From NCBI GenBank assembly GCA_963705305.1, contig OY970067.1, forward strand, positions 96,001 to 160,000: 64,000 nt of DNA, given 5' to 3'. Below the pieces are notes generated by a model. It was not told the DNA's origin. It made no database searches and was given only the letters and a program-made list of their open reading frames with translations. Position numbers and translations under genes: made by a program. Origin of the DNA: an uncultured Methylomirabilota bacterium (GTDB taxonomy: Bacteria > Methylomirabilota > Methylomirabilia > Methylomirabilales > 2-02-FULL-66-22). This document shows positions 45,958 to 57,613 of the stretch, in pieces. Every line of letters starts with the position of its first letter. Positions within the stretch are counted from its first letter, which is position 1.

Positions 45958-46548
45958 TCAGGAACGTCGAACGAGAAATCGATAGTGCTCCGGCGTCTGC
46001 CGTCGGTAGCTGAGGACGGCGAATCCGGCCTCCTCGCACCACGTTCGCACCCGATCCGGCATGAACCGCTCGGCCCTGGGCGGGCCGTGCGCGCACGGCC
46101 CCTCGGGGTGAAACTCCGCCACCACGGCCAAGCCGCCCGGCGGGAGAACCCGGGCCACGGCGGCCAGAACCGCGGCCGCGTCGTCGACGTGATGCAGGAC
46201 CATGGCTACCAGGGCGGCCTCGGCATGAAGCGCCTCCGGGTCCAGGGCGGCGCCGTCGGCGAGGATGCGCTGGATATTGCCGAGGGCACGCGCTTGTTGC
46301 TGCCGCTCCAGAAACGCCAATGCGTCGGCGGACCGGTCCACCGCGTACACCAGTCCGCCCGCCCCCACCCGCTCGGCCAGGAGCAGGCTGGCGTACCCCG
46401 GTCCCGCCCCGAGGTCCAGCACGCGGGTCCCGGGCCCGATCTCGAGGTCGCCCATCCATTCGCGGATCAGGTCGGCGCGCCGGCTCTGCCGCTCGAAGAC
46501 CGCGTCCCATGTAGTATGGCTCATGTCCTTACGATAGATCTCTTCCAC
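45958..46548 (-). CDS. Class I SAM-dependent methyltransferase
   Basis: VLDLGAGPG, VYAVD, VLHHV, LPPGG; alternative ATG at 46524. Confidence 0.9.
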   Translation of the reverse strand: MEEIYRKDMSHTTWDAVFERQSRRADLIREWMGDLEIGPGTRVLDLGAGPGYASLLLAERVGAGGLVYAVDRSADALAFLERQQQARALGNIQRILADGAALDPEALHAEAALVAMVLHHVDDAAAVLAAVARVLPPGGLAVVAEFHPEGPCAHGPPRAERFMPDRVRTWCEEAGFAVLSYRRQTPEHYRFLVRRS

Positions 46549-46881
46549 GTCGCCCCCTGACTATCCGCGCCGCGCCACGGACCCAGCGATTCGCCCGGAG
46601 AATTCGCGAGGGCGGTCGCCGCATCATCGGATCGAATGGCCAATGGCAATGGGGACTCCATCGCACGCCGAGCGCCCCGGCAGGACCGAGGGGGCGCCTG
46701 TGTATAATCCTCCCGCAACCCCCTTCCCGTCCAGCCCAAGATCATTCCGTCACCCCAGATCGAGACCGTTTTTGACCTGAATGCCGCGGGCACACTCCCG
46801 CCTCCGGAGTGGCGGCGAGCGCTTATCCGCGTACCTCGGCTGTTTCCGATCTCGACTGGAACCCTCGAATTCCTTAGGGAC

Positions 46882-47424
46882 TCAGGCGGGCAGGCGGGCA
46901 ACGTACGTGTGAAGGGTATCCGGCGCGGCCTGGACGATGCAGGTCCGGAAGCCGCGCGCCTCCAGGGCCTCGATCAGTGGCGTGGGCCGGAAGGTGCTCT
47001 GGATGCAAAGCAGCTCGCCGCCGGCCAGGCTTCCGGCCGCCTGCTGAGCCGACACCAGGGGCACCCGGCCGGCCTCCAGCAGCCGGTCCGCGTCCAGGCT
47101 GGTCCTGATGCGGGCCGTCCGCACCCAGTCCGGCGGAGTCTCCAGGACAAGCAGGCCATCCTCGTCCGGCGCCCTCTCGCCGGCGAGTGCCTCGCCCGGG
47201 GGAAGCCCGGCGGCGTCGCGCAGGACCGCCACCAGTCGGCGGACGGGGATGCCGGCCATCTGGGCGGCCTTCTCCAACGTGGCCACCTTGGCAACCATCT
47301 TCCGTAGGACCGGATTCCCCAGGGCCGTGAAATGGGGGGACTGCGCGACAAGGACCTCCTCCAGCCGGGGGTAGGCGTCCAAGAGGTCCGCCACCTTCGT
47401 GCGCGGCGTGATCGGGCAGCTCAT
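46882..47424 (-). CDS. DUF1858-like domain protein
   Basis: ITPRTKVADLLDAYP.L..VL...NPVLRK...TL..AA, F.PTPLI; ATGA-coupled to the upstream gene. Confidence 0.75.
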   Translation of the reverse strand: MSCPITPRTKVADLLDAYPRLEEVLVAQSPHFTALGNPVLRKMVAKVATLEKAAQMAGIPVRRLVAVLRDAAGLPPGEALAGERAPDEDGLLVLETPPDWVRTARIRTSLDADRLLEAGRVPLVSAQQAAGSLAGGELLCIQSTFRPTPLIEALEARGFRTCIVQAAPDTLHTYVARLPA

Positions 47425-48680
47425 GCGGCCTTTCCCGCGTCCTCGTCGTACTGGAGCAGGCGGCGCTCCCCCTCCAGGGCCCGCAGGGGCGTGAGATCCT
47501 GCGTCACCTCCAGCGTGCCGAGGTAGGCGCCCTGCTCGTCGCGCACCGGGAAGTAGCGGATGTGCACAAACTTGCCCCGGAAGGTGATCCAGAACTCGGC
47601 CACCATCCGCCGTCCGCTCTTGAAGTCGTCGAGGATCTGCCGGACGACATCCACGCTGGAAGCCGGGTGGCAATGCTGGACTTTGCGCCCCAGGATCACC
47701 TTGGTCCGGGCAAAGATCCGCTCCGGCCCCTCCGAGAAGTACCGCACGTTGTCGTCCGCATCCACGAAGGTGATGTCCGCGGGTAGGGTCCGGAGGATGC
47801 CGCGAACCTGGCCGGGCGTCAGGGCGCCGGTCGGGAAGAGCAGGCTTTCATTCGCCCCCACGGAGGCCACCCGGTCCGGCTGCGAGGCGGGGGGAGGCTG
47901 GTAGCCCTCGCGCGGCTCCACCAGGCACCAGCCGAATTCCGCCGAGTGCTGCCAGATCTCGGCCCACTCGTCTTCGGTCAGGGTCTTCAGTGCCATGGGC
48001 AGGAGAATGTTTTCTTCCTTGGAGATCATCTCCTCAACGGCCGCCAGGGCCGGCTCGGCGATCGTCTGGATGACGATCCGCCACTCGGCCGCCGTGGCGT
48101 CGCGGGCCGCCAGGGCCTCGCCCAGGGATTTGAGCAGGCCCCGGACCTCGTCGTCCTTTCCCCACATGACCTTGGATGGTCCGGTGACCTGATGCCGCTC
48201 CAGGCAGGAGAACAGGAGATACTCCTTCCGCCGGTAGTGCTTGTCCACGTCCATCAACGCGTTGTAGCTCTGCCGCCAGGCGAGAAGCTCGTCGGCTGGA
48301 ACGGCCCCGTCCGGCAGGGCGGCCACGCGGCCCATGGCCGCGCGCATCCCGCCCGCCGCCTCGCGGAGCGCCTGGTTCTCGCGCCGGAAGGTGTCCACCG
48401 GATGGCCCGGCGGGACCTCGGGAGTGGCCGGCTCGATCTGGACCAGGATCTCGCGCAGGATCGAGGAATGGAGGTCGCACATGGACTGGACCTCCTGTAC
48501 GGGCATGCCCTCGGCGATCAGCTCCTGCTCCATGGCCGCGATCTCCGACGCGTTGGTCTCCCGCACCATGCTTCGCAGCTGTTCCCGCACGTCGGCCGGC
48601 GATCCCCCGCCGTGCAGGTGCTTGATGATGCCCTTCATGGTTTGGATGCGATGCATCCGGTTGTTGATCAGCTCGCTCAT
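47421..48680 (-). CDS. DUF438 / hemerythrin-like / PAS domain protein
   Basis: EIAAMEQELI..G...CDLH, GHPV.TF.REN, HY.RKE.LLF, MWGKDDE, KEENILLP, C-terminal PAS (DITFVD, CHP). Confidence 0.85.
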   Translation of the reverse strand: MSELINNRMHRIQTMKGIIKHLHGGGSPADVREQLRSMVRETNASEIAAMEQELIAEGMPVQEVQSMCDLHSSILREILVQIEPATPEVPPGHPVDTFRRENQALREAAGGMRAAMGRVAALPDGAVPADELLAWRQSYNALMDVDKHYRRKEYLLFSCLERHQVTGPSKVMWGKDDEVRGLLKSLGEALAARDATAAEWRIVIQTIAEPALAAVEEMISKEENILLPMALKTLTEDEWAEIWQHSAEFGWCLVEPREGYQPPPASQPDRVASVGANESLLFPTGALTPGQVRGILRTLPADITFVDADDNVRYFSEGPERIFARTKVILGRKVQHCHPASSVDVVRQILDDFKSGRRMVAEFWITFRGKFVHIRYFPVRDEQGAYLGTLEVTQDLTPLRALEGERRLLQYDEDAGKAA

Positions 48681-48734
48681 GCTCTGCTCCGTTGTTTCCG
48701 AGGTTCGTACGCTTCGTGTCCCGATCGGTCCGTC

Positions 48735-49517
48735 CTATGCTCTCGCCGTCCGGGCCGGCGCCTGGCTGCCTTCCGCCACCTCTCCGCCAATGCCGATGGT
48801 GACGTCCGCGAGCAGCAGCGCACTCCCGGCCATCTCCATCGCAGACTGCGCGATCCGGGTCAGGCCCGAGCAGCAGGGGACCTCCATGTGGACGACGGTG
48901 AGGCTGGCGGGCTCCGCCGTCCGGATGATGTCGGCCAGCTTCTTCACATACGGCTCGGTCTGGTCCAGCTTGGGGCAGCCGATGATGACCGGCTTCCCTC
49001 GCAGGAAGCGCCGGTGAAAGTCGGCGCAGGCGAACGGCACGCAATCCGCCACCAGCAGGATATCCGCGCCCTTGAAATAGGGCGCCGCGGGGGAGACCAG
49101 CGCCATCTGGACCGGCCAGTTCATCAACTCGGACGGCGCAGGGCGATCCGCGAGGCCATCCCCGCCGGAGGGCGCGGGCGCCCGACGGCCGAGACTTCGC
49201 ATCATGGAGCCGGGACAGCCGCCGGGGGGGCTGGAGAGAACCGGGATCGACGGCGGCCGGACCTGTCGGGGTCGCAGGCGCTCCAGGTGGGCGTAAGTCT
49301 TAGCCTCGTCGAAGACCTCGGCCTCGCGCTTCTCGATGCTGATGGCCCCCTGCGGACAGTGCCCCAGGCAGGCTCCCAGTCCGTCGCAGTAAACCTCGCT
49401 CACCAGGCGGGCCTTCCCGTCGATGATCGCGATGGCCCCCTCGGCGCAGCCGGTCGCGCACTCCCCGCAGCCGTCGCACTTCTCCTCGTCGACCCGAATC
49501 ACCTCGCGCAGCGCCAT
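48735..49517 (-). CDS. 4Fe-4S dicluster protein with Cys-rich C-terminal domain
   Basis: CDGCGECATGC, CDGLGACLGHCP, GCPGS, WPVQ, ADC, GCPKLD, MEVPCC. Confidence 0.9.
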   Translation of the reverse strand: MALREVIRVDEEKCDGCGECATGCAEGAIAIIDGKARLVSEVYCDGLGACLGHCPQGAISIEKREAEVFDEAKTYAHLERLRPRQVRPPSIPVLSSPPGGCPGSMMRSLGRRAPAPSGGDGLADRPAPSELMNWPVQMALVSPAAPYFKGADILLVADCVPFACADFHRRFLRGKPVIIGCPKLDQTEPYVKKLADIIRTAEPASLTVVHMEVPCCSGLTRIAQSAMEMAGSALLLADVTIGIGGEVAEGSQAPARTARA

Positions 49518-49614
49518 CGTCGGGCTCCTTCTCCCACCGGCCGGTTTTCCTCCAAGGATCGCTTTGCTGTTCTTCCCTGGCTGGCATATAATGCTCCAGC
49601 TGCCCCGGCCGGTC

Positions 49615-49630
49615 CTTGATTTGTATCAAG
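49615..49630. promoter_or_regulatory. FNR/DNR-type binding site
   Basis: CTTGAT-TTGT-ATCAAG, perfect TTGAT-N4-ATCAA, between the divergent ferredoxin and Crp/Fnr genes. Confidence 0.85.
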
Positions 49631-49661
49631 TCTCACAACCCGCCGCCGACAGGGAGGTTTC

Positions 49662-50348
49662 GTGCCGCGCGAGGCGTCCGATGTCCTGGCAGCTTGCTCG
49701 TTCTTCTCGCAGGCGGATGGCGCCAGCCGGACGCGTCTGATCCGCATGGCCGTCCTCAAGGAATTCGCCAAGGGTGAGGCGATCTTCCGGGAGGGAGAGC
49801 CCGTGCCGGGGCTTTACGTTGTGGCCAGCGGGCTGGTGCGGATTTACCGGCTGGCCCCCAGCGGCAAGGAGCACGTCCTGCATCTGGCATCCGCCGGGAT
49901 GACCTTCGCCGAGGTGGCCGTCCTCGGCGAGTTCCCCTGCCCCGCCTTTGCCGAGGCGCTGGAGAAGACGGCCTGCGTCCTGCTCCCCGCCCGGAGTTTG
50001 TTGCAGGCCCTGCGCGAGGATCACCGGCTGTGTCTCCAGATCCTCTCCAGCATGGCGGTCTGGGTGCGCTCATTCGTCACCCTTCTGGAGGGCATCGTCC
50101 TACGGGATGCGGCCGGACGGGTGGCCGGCTACCTGCTGCAGGCCCATGCCGAGCAGGGATCGGTCATCGCGCTCCCCGGCCTCAAGAAACACATTGCCAG
50201 CCACCTGAATTTGACCAGCGAGACTCTGTCGCGAACCCTCCGCCAGTTGCGGGAGGAGCGCCTGATCAGCGAGACGGACGGCGGCCTGGTGATCGAGGAT
50301 CCGGCGGGCCTGCGGCGAGTCACCGAGGGATTCTACCCGTGCCTCTGA
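49662..50348 (+). CDS. Crp/Fnr-family regulator (Dnr/HcpR-like; no N-terminal FNR Cys cluster)
   Basis: IFREGE, GKEHVL, TFAE, recognition helix ETLSR. Confidence 0.9.
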   Translation: MPREASDVLAACSFFSQADGASRTRLIRMAVLKEFAKGEAIFREGEPVPGLYVVASGLVRIYRLAPSGKEHVLHLASAGMTFAEVAVLGEFPCPAFAEALEKTACVLLPARSLLQALREDHRLCLQILSSMAVWVRSFVTLLEGIVLRDAAGRVAGYLLQAHAEQGSVIALPGLKKHIASHLNLTSETLSRTLRQLREERLISETDGGLVIEDPAGLRRVTEGFYPCL

Positions 50349-50579
50349 GGGATATTCGACCGTCCGTCCGATGGGGTGGGGGCCCGCCCAGACGTTGATG
50401 CATCCGGACTCGCGATGATTCCCTTCCCCTTTTTTCCTCCTTCCGCCTTGCGCCGCCATGACGTGGAACGAAGCGCGGTGAGGTCGATCTCGCCAGCGCG
50501 GCAGGCCCAGGGTCACCGTCCCCTGCGCAGGCCCTGACGCCAAAACCGGTACCATGCCACCTCACTCCTGCCCACACCT

Positions 50580-50598
50580 ATGTGGCACGCTGCCACAT
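50580..50598. promoter_or_regulatory. Candidate enhancer (UAS) for a sigma54 activator
   Basis: Palindrome ATGTGGCA-CGC-TGCCACAT about 100 bp upstream of the -24/-12 promoter. Confidence 0.55.
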
Positions 50599-50693
50599 GG
50601 TAGGCGCCAAGGCGCTGCCATCAAGTCTACCCTGCCAGGCTAACCCATGATTATAACAGGAGTCCCTTCCTAGCCGGCGGCCTCAGTTCAGGC

Positions 50694-50709
50694 TGGCACG
50701 GCAGGTGCT
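50694..50709 (+). promoter_or_regulatory. Sigma54 (-24/-12) promoter
   Basis: TGGCACG-GCAG-GTGCT versus consensus TGGCACG-N4-TTGCW. Confidence 0.72.
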
Positions 50710-50764
50710 CCTGGCAGGAGTGCTATTGGCCGCAAGGTTGGCTTTGAAGTTCTGTGGGGATTAG

Positions 50765-51211
50765 ATGAATCCTCGGGTGCTGGTGGTGGACGACGACGCC
50801 GAGAACTGCCGGGTATTGAGTGAGCTGCTGGCAGCCGAGGGCTTCGATTCGCTTCCCTACGAGAGTGGGGAGGCGGCCTGGCAGGCCCTGAAGACCCGAG
50901 AGGTCCAGCCGGACATCGTGGTGGCGGATATGCGCATGCCGGGCCTTGACGGGATTGCGCTGCTCCGCCGCATCAAGGCCGACTTTGCTGCGATCCCCGT
51001 CGTGCTCGTGTCCGCCTTCGCCGACGAAGCCGTCTGGGCGGAGGGCTTGCGAGCGGGCGCGATCGACGTATTCCCCAAGCCGATTCAAGGCACATCCCTG
51101 GTGCGGGTCCTGCGAAAGGTGATGGAGATGTGCCGGACGCAGGGATCCGCGGTCGGTGAAACCCCTGATCCCCGATCGGCGGGGATTATACAACTGTGGA
51201 GGGAACCATGA
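50765..51211 (+). CDS. Stand-alone response regulator receiver
   Basis: VLVVDDD, DMRMPGLDG, SAF, KP. Confidence 0.9.
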   Translation: MNPRVLVVDDDAENCRVLSELLAAEGFDSLPYESGEAAWQALKTREVQPDIVVADMRMPGLDGIALLRRIKADFAAIPVVLVSAFADEAVWAEGLRAGAIDVFPKPIQGTSLVRVLRKVMEMCRTQGSAVGETPDPRSAGIIQLWREP

Positions 51212-51489
51212 AGAAGATGCTGGTGGTGTTGCTGGCGACGTTCTTTGCGATGGTGAGCCTGGCAGCGGCCGCGGATATCGAGGGCACGATCCAGTCCGTA
51301 GATCCTGCCAACAGCCAGGTCGTCCTCCAGGACGGGACCACCCTGACCACGGACGAGAACACAACCATCACAATGGGGGGCAACGAAGCCAAGCTGGAGG
51401 AGCTGAAGGAAGGGACCAAGGTGAAGGCCAGCTATGAAGAGAAGGACGGAAAGAACGTGGCGTCCAGCGTCGAGGTAAGCGGAGAGTAG
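51208..51489 (+). CDS. Small acidic secreted protein (DUF1344/DUF5666-like OB-type fold)
   Basis: Signal peptide; IEGTIQSVD...LQDG...LKEGTKVKASYE. Confidence 0.75.
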   Translation: MKKMLVVLLATFFAMVSLAAAADIEGTIQSVDPANSQVVLQDGTTLTTDENTTITMGGNEAKLEELKEGTKVKASYEEKDGKNVASSVEVSGE

Positions 51490-51502
51490 CGGACGCGGTC
51501 CT

Positions 51503-51537
51503 GGCAGGACGCTTTCCGGCGCGGAGAGCGTCCTGCC
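51503..51537. terminator. Hairpin downstream of the secreted-protein gene
   Basis: GGCAGGACGCTTTCCG..CGGAGAGCGTCCTGCC. Confidence 0.5.
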
Positions 51538-51688
51538 TCCGGCGCCGGCACCTTGGGCCCAGACGCCCCGCCGGTGTCTCCATCCCCATGGACCCCATGA
51601 GGGATGGTCATCCGCGCGGGCTGTGGCGCCGCCCGCCGCGGGAGTGGCTCCCCCAATGCCCCGCTCTTGCAGGAACCGGCCATGGCCC

Positions 51689-52480
51689 TCAGTCGCTCCC
51701 CACGCCGGCAGCCTTCAAGAACTGCCGGATCTTCGCCAGGGGAACAACGAAGGTCTCGCCCGGCATGGGCACCCGAACCGAATAGTTCCCCCCTCCTTCG
51801 CGGACGGCGACCGACGCCGTTCCAAACCCCTCCACCACGCCGAGCAGTTCTCCGGTCCCCGCGCGGAATACTCCTCCGCCGCTCACGCCGTTCGCCGCCA
51901 CCGCGTCCACCATCAGGCTGTCCTCGGTCCCCTCGCCGGCGGCCGCTTCCTGCTTTTCCTTGCTGTCGGTAGGGACCTCGCTCACGATGCCGCTGAATAG
52001 CCCCAATCGCCTCCCCCAGGGGAAGCCCACCACCAGAATATCCTCTCCCAGACGGGCGTCTTCGGTATCGCCGATGTCGACGGGCGGGGCGGCAACTCCC
52101 GGGACACGGAGCAGCGCCAGATCCTGGGTGCTGGAGTTTCCCCTCAGGACCAGGCCGGCCCCAAGCTTCCGCCCGGGCGCCACGGCCCCCGTGAAGCGGA
52201 CGAACACTTGCGCGTCGTCCTTCCCATCCAGGAGATGGGCGGACGTGAGAATATACGACACCGGCTGAGAGCCCGGATCCTCGGTCTTGGAGGCGACGAC
52301 GACCCCGGAACCCGCGCCTACCCGGCGCCCGCCGCGCTCGACGAGGACCTTGGCGGTCGAAGCCACGATCCGGTCCACGACCGTCTGCCGGACGTCCGGG
52401 ACGGAGGCCCCGCTCGCCGCACAACCCGCCAGGGCGAGCAGGAGGGCGGCGGCGATTCCGCAGCGGGCACACCCGCCCAT
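51689..52480 (-). CDS. Trypsin-like (S1C) serine protease lipoprotein without PDZ domain
   Basis: Lipobox LAGC; GSG, TSAHL, DLALL, VGFP, GVSGGG. Confidence 0.85.
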   Translation of the reverse strand: MGGCARCGIAAALLLALAGCAASGASVPDVRQTVVDRIVASTAKVLVERGGRRVGAGSGVVVASKTEDPGSQPVSYILTSAHLLDGKDDAQVFVRFTGAVAPGRKLGAGLVLRGNSSTQDLALLRVPGVAAPPVDIGDTEDARLGEDILVVGFPWGRRLGLFSGIVSEVPTDSKEKQEAAAGEGTEDSLMVDAVAANGVSGGGVFRAGTGELLGVVEGFGTASVAVREGGGNYSVRVPMPGETFVVPLAKIRQFLKAAGVGSD

Positions 52481-52732
52481 GTCCGGGCCCCGGCCGCCGG
52501 CGATCCGGGGCCAGGAAGCTGCGCAAGCGCGGGTTTGAATGTGGGTCACAGCTTCGCCCATTGGGGCACTATACCTTGTCCATTACTGCACGCAAAGGGC
52601 AAACGCTCGGGGGTCGGCATGCTGCCCGCGGCAGCCAGGGTCGATCCATCCGTCACCGAAAGCACTCTGGATGACACCGGGGTTGCATTGAGCTAAGATA
52701 TCGTCCCGGGAAGGGCCTATGCGGTCCGACCG

Positions 52733-54291
<1,559 letters not shown>

Positions 54292-54292
<1 letters not shown>

Positions 54293-55677
54293 TGAACGCA
54301 GCCCGCCTGCTGGTGGTGGATGACGACACAGCATCCCGCGAGGCGGTCGCCGAGGCGTTGCGGGCCGAGGGTTACACGGTTGAGACGGCGGCGGGCGGGC
54401 GGGCGGCGCTGGCGCTCTGCCGCGAGCGGATCTTCGATGTGGTCGTGTCGGACATCCGGATGCCGGACCTGGACGGCCTGAGCCTGCTCCGCGGCCTTCG
54501 CGAGACCCATCCCCAGCTGAGCGTCATCCTGATGACCGCCTTCGGCACCGTGGAGGCCGCGCTGGAGGCGATCAAGCAGGGAGCCTATGATTACGTCAGC
54601 AAGCCGCTCCGGCTGGACGAGCTGCTGCTCACAGTGCGGCGGGCCCTGGCCCATCGCCGGCTCATCCAGGAGAACCTGGAATTCCGCCGGGTCCTCCAGG
54701 ACCGCTATCAGCTGGCCAACATCGTCGGCGTCAGCCCCTCCATGATCGAGGTGTTCAAGTTGATCGCCCGGGTGGCCGCCTCGCGCAGCACGGTCCTGAT
54801 CACCGGCGAGAGCGGCACCGGCAAGGAGGTCGTCGCCCGGGCGCTGCATTTCAACGGGCCGCGCGCCAGCGCCCCCTTCGTCACCATCGACTGTGGCGGG
54901 CTGGCCGAGGGCCTCCTGGAAAGCGAGCTGTTCGGCCACGTCCGGGGGGCCTTCACCGGAGCCACCACGGCCCGCCGCGGACTCTTCGAGGCCGGCCATA
55001 CCGGCACGGTCTTCCTGGACGAGATCGGCGACATCGGGCCCAACATCCAGGCCAAACTCCTGCGGGTCCTCGAGCTCCAGGAGGTCAAGCCGGTGGGGGG
55101 CAACCAGCCGGTCCACATCGACGTCCGGCTGATTGCCGCCACCAACAAGGACCTGCTGACCGAGATCCGTGAGGGCCGCTTCCGCGAGGATCTTTTCTAC
55201 CGCCTCAACGTGGTGGGTATCCACCTGCCGCCCCTGCGCGAGCGGCGGGAGGATATTCCCGCCCTGGCCCAGCATTTCCTCCGAAAGTATGCCGCGGCCA
55301 ACGGCAAGGTCCTGGACCGGTTCGCGACCGAGACGATGGCGCTGCTCGAGCGGTATCCCTGGCCCGGGAATGTGCGGGAGCTGGAGAACGCCGTGGAGCG
55401 GGCGGTGGCAGTGAGCAGCCATCCCATCGTGCTCCCCGACGATCTCCCGACCCACCTCGTGTCGCCGGCCGGGTCGGCTGGCCAGTCGAGCGAGCCGGAG
55501 CTCGGTCCCCTGCTGCCCTTGGACGATCTCATCCGGGGACATGTCATGCGGGTGCTCGATGCCACCGGCGGGAACAAGAAGCGGACCGCCGAGATCCTCG
55601 GCGTGGACCGACGCACCCTCTATCGCATGCTGGGTCGCTACGGAGCGGCCGCCGGGGATTTGCCTCCCGACGCGTGA
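54292..55677 (+). CDS. Sigma54-dependent Fis-family response regulator (NtrC/AtoC/ZraR type)
   Basis: Receiver, GESGTGKE, GAFTGA, FLDEIG, WPGNVREL, HTH. Confidence 0.96.
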
Positions 55678-55801
55678 GACCCTTCCCCTCGCCTTTCGGC
55701 GGGGCCTCCCACTCCTCCTGCTTCCGGCCCGCTCGCCTTGCGCACCCGCGGGCCGCCCGCCGACCTGCGCGGTTCCCGAGGGCATCGAGCGGCGAGGCCA
55801 C

Positions 55802-55830
55802 TTGACGCGGCCCCCCCGGCACCGTATCAT
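55802..55830 (+). promoter_or_regulatory. Sigma70 promoter driving the TPP riboswitch leader
   Basis: TTGACG-17-TATCAT. Confidence 0.75.
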
Positions 55831-55835
55831 TCGCC

Positions 55836-55930
55836 AGTGCGGGAGTCCGGTGGAGCCGGGCTGAGAGGGCGGCCAATCCTGCCGCCGACCGTCGGAACCT
55901 GACCTGGGTAATGCCAGCGTAGGGAGACCG
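55836..55930 (+). ncRNA. TPP riboswitch (THI element)
   Basis: GGGAGT..GGCTGAGA..GACCG..GAACCTGA.CTGGGTAATGCCAGCGTAGGGA. Confidence 0.95.
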
Positions 55931-56181
55931 GCATGCCTTCGATTCCTTCCCCCACCAGAATCCGTTCCTCTGTCTGCCTGCCGGCCGGTTCCGTGATCCT
56001 CCGTCCCTTCCTGGGCTTCCCGCTTCGACTCCGCGCGCGTGGAAACCGTCACCCTGTGACCGAGGGCCGCAGCCGCGGGCGACACTGAGCGCCGCTCAGC
56101 GGGTGCCGCGGAGGCTCCCGGCCGCAGGACAGACGACGCGCCCTTCTGCAACGGGGGGTCGAAGAACGAGGGGGGGTATCC

Positions 56182-57546
56182 ATGGTGGATCTCGTTCGGC
56201 AGGCCCAGGCTCACGGCATCCGGCCGGTGCCTCCGGATGCCCGGCACCTGAGCGGGTTCGATACGTTCGTCCTCTGGGCTGACCTTGGGATCAGCCTGCT
56301 GGTCATGGTGGTCGGCATGTTCCTGGTGCCGGGGCTCGGCCTCGGCGCGGCACTCGCCGCCATCGTGGTCGGCTCATTGATCGGCAATCTGCTCCTCGGC
56401 CTGGTGGGGACCATGGGCGCCGACACCGGCGTTCCGACCATGGTCCTGTTCCGGCCGGTGCTGGGTCTTCGCGGCTCGTACGTGCCCACCGTCCTCAACA
56501 TCCTGCAGCTGCTGGGCTGGGCCACGTTCGAGATCATCGTCATGGCCCAGGCGGCCGCCCTGCTGAGCCAGCGGCTCTTCGGCATGGGCCACTATCTGGG
56601 GTGGGTGGTCTTCTTCACACTGCTCTCGGCGCTCATGGCGTACGGCGGCCCCGTACTCGTCGTCAAGCAGTGGATGGAGAAGTTCGCCGTCTGGGGTGTG
56701 ATCGTCACGATGCTGTGGGTGACCTACGCGGTGCTGACCACCTACGACCTCCGCGCCCTCTGGGCCAAGCCGGCCACGGGCGAGATGTCCTTCTGGCTGG
56801 CGGTGGATCTGGCGGCAGTCATGCCGATCTCCTGGGTGCCCCTCGTCGCCGACTACAGCCGCTTCGCCCGGAGCCGCAGGGGGGCGTTCTGGGGGACGGG
56901 CGTCGGCTACTTTGTTTCGCAGGTCTGGTTCTACGCCCTCGGCGTCCTGCTCGGTTTGTCGGCCGCGGTCGCCACGGACCCCAGTGCGCCGATCAACCCG
57001 CTGCTCGCCGCCATCGCCGGCCTCACCGCCGGATGGGTCTCTCTCCTGATCCTCCTCTTTGGTGAGACGGATGAGGGGTTCGCCAACATCTACTCCGCCG
57101 CCGTCTCGGCGCAGAACATCTTCGCTCGCACGGGTCAGCGCACGCTCACCCTGGCCGTCTCGGCCGTCGTGTTCGTGCTGGCGGCGACCATTCCGCTGGT
57201 CCAGTACGAAAGCTTCCTACTCCTCATCGGCTCGATCTTCGTCCCGCTCTTGGGGGTGATCACGGCCGACTACTTCGTCCTGCGGCACCGGCGATACGAC
57301 GTGGAGGAGATCTATCGCGAAGGAGGCCGCTACTGGTACGGGACCGGCGTCAACTGGGTGGCCGTGCGGGTGTGGCTGCTGGGGATCGTCCTGTACCTGG
57401 TGATCGCCGGACTGCCGGAGCTCGGGCTGCCGGGCCTGGCCCCGTGGATGGGCGCGACGCTGCCGACGTTCCTGTTCGGCTTCGCGGCCTACGCGCTGGC
57501 CGGCCGGCGGATTGAGCGGCGGACCCCCTCCCCCGCGGCGATCTAG
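56182..57546 (+). CDS. NCS1/cytosine-permease family transporter, probable thiamine-precursor (HMP) transporter, CytX-like
   Basis: About 12 TM helices; LW, QLLGW, MPISW.P.VADYSRF, NIYS, GSIFVPL.GV..ADY; downstream of TPP riboswitch. Confidence 0.85.
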   Translation: MVDLVRQAQAHGIRPVPPDARHLSGFDTFVLWADLGISLLVMVVGMFLVPGLGLGAALAAIVVGSLIGNLLLGLVGTMGADTGVPTMVLFRPVLGLRGSYVPTVLNILQLLGWATFEIIVMAQAAALLSQRLFGMGHYLGWVVFFTLLSALMAYGGPVLVVKQWMEKFAVWGVIVTMLWVTYAVLTTYDLRALWAKPATGEMSFWLAVDLAAVMPISWVPLVADYSRFARSRRGAFWGTGVGYFVSQVWFYALGVLLGLSAAVATDPSAPINPLLAAIAGLTAGWVSLLILLFGETDEGFANIYSAAVSAQNIFARTGQRTLTLAVSAVVFVLAATIPLVQYESFLLLIGSIFVPLLGVITADYFVLRHRRYDVEEIYREGGRYWYGTGVNWVAVRVWLLGIVLYLVIAGLPELGLPGLAPWMGATLPTFLFGFAAYALAGRRIERRTPSPAAI

Positions 57547-57613
57547 GCCGGCGCGCGCCCGCTGGAGACTGGCGGCTTCAAGCAGAGAAAGGATGTCCGC
57601 CCAAGGGATCGGC

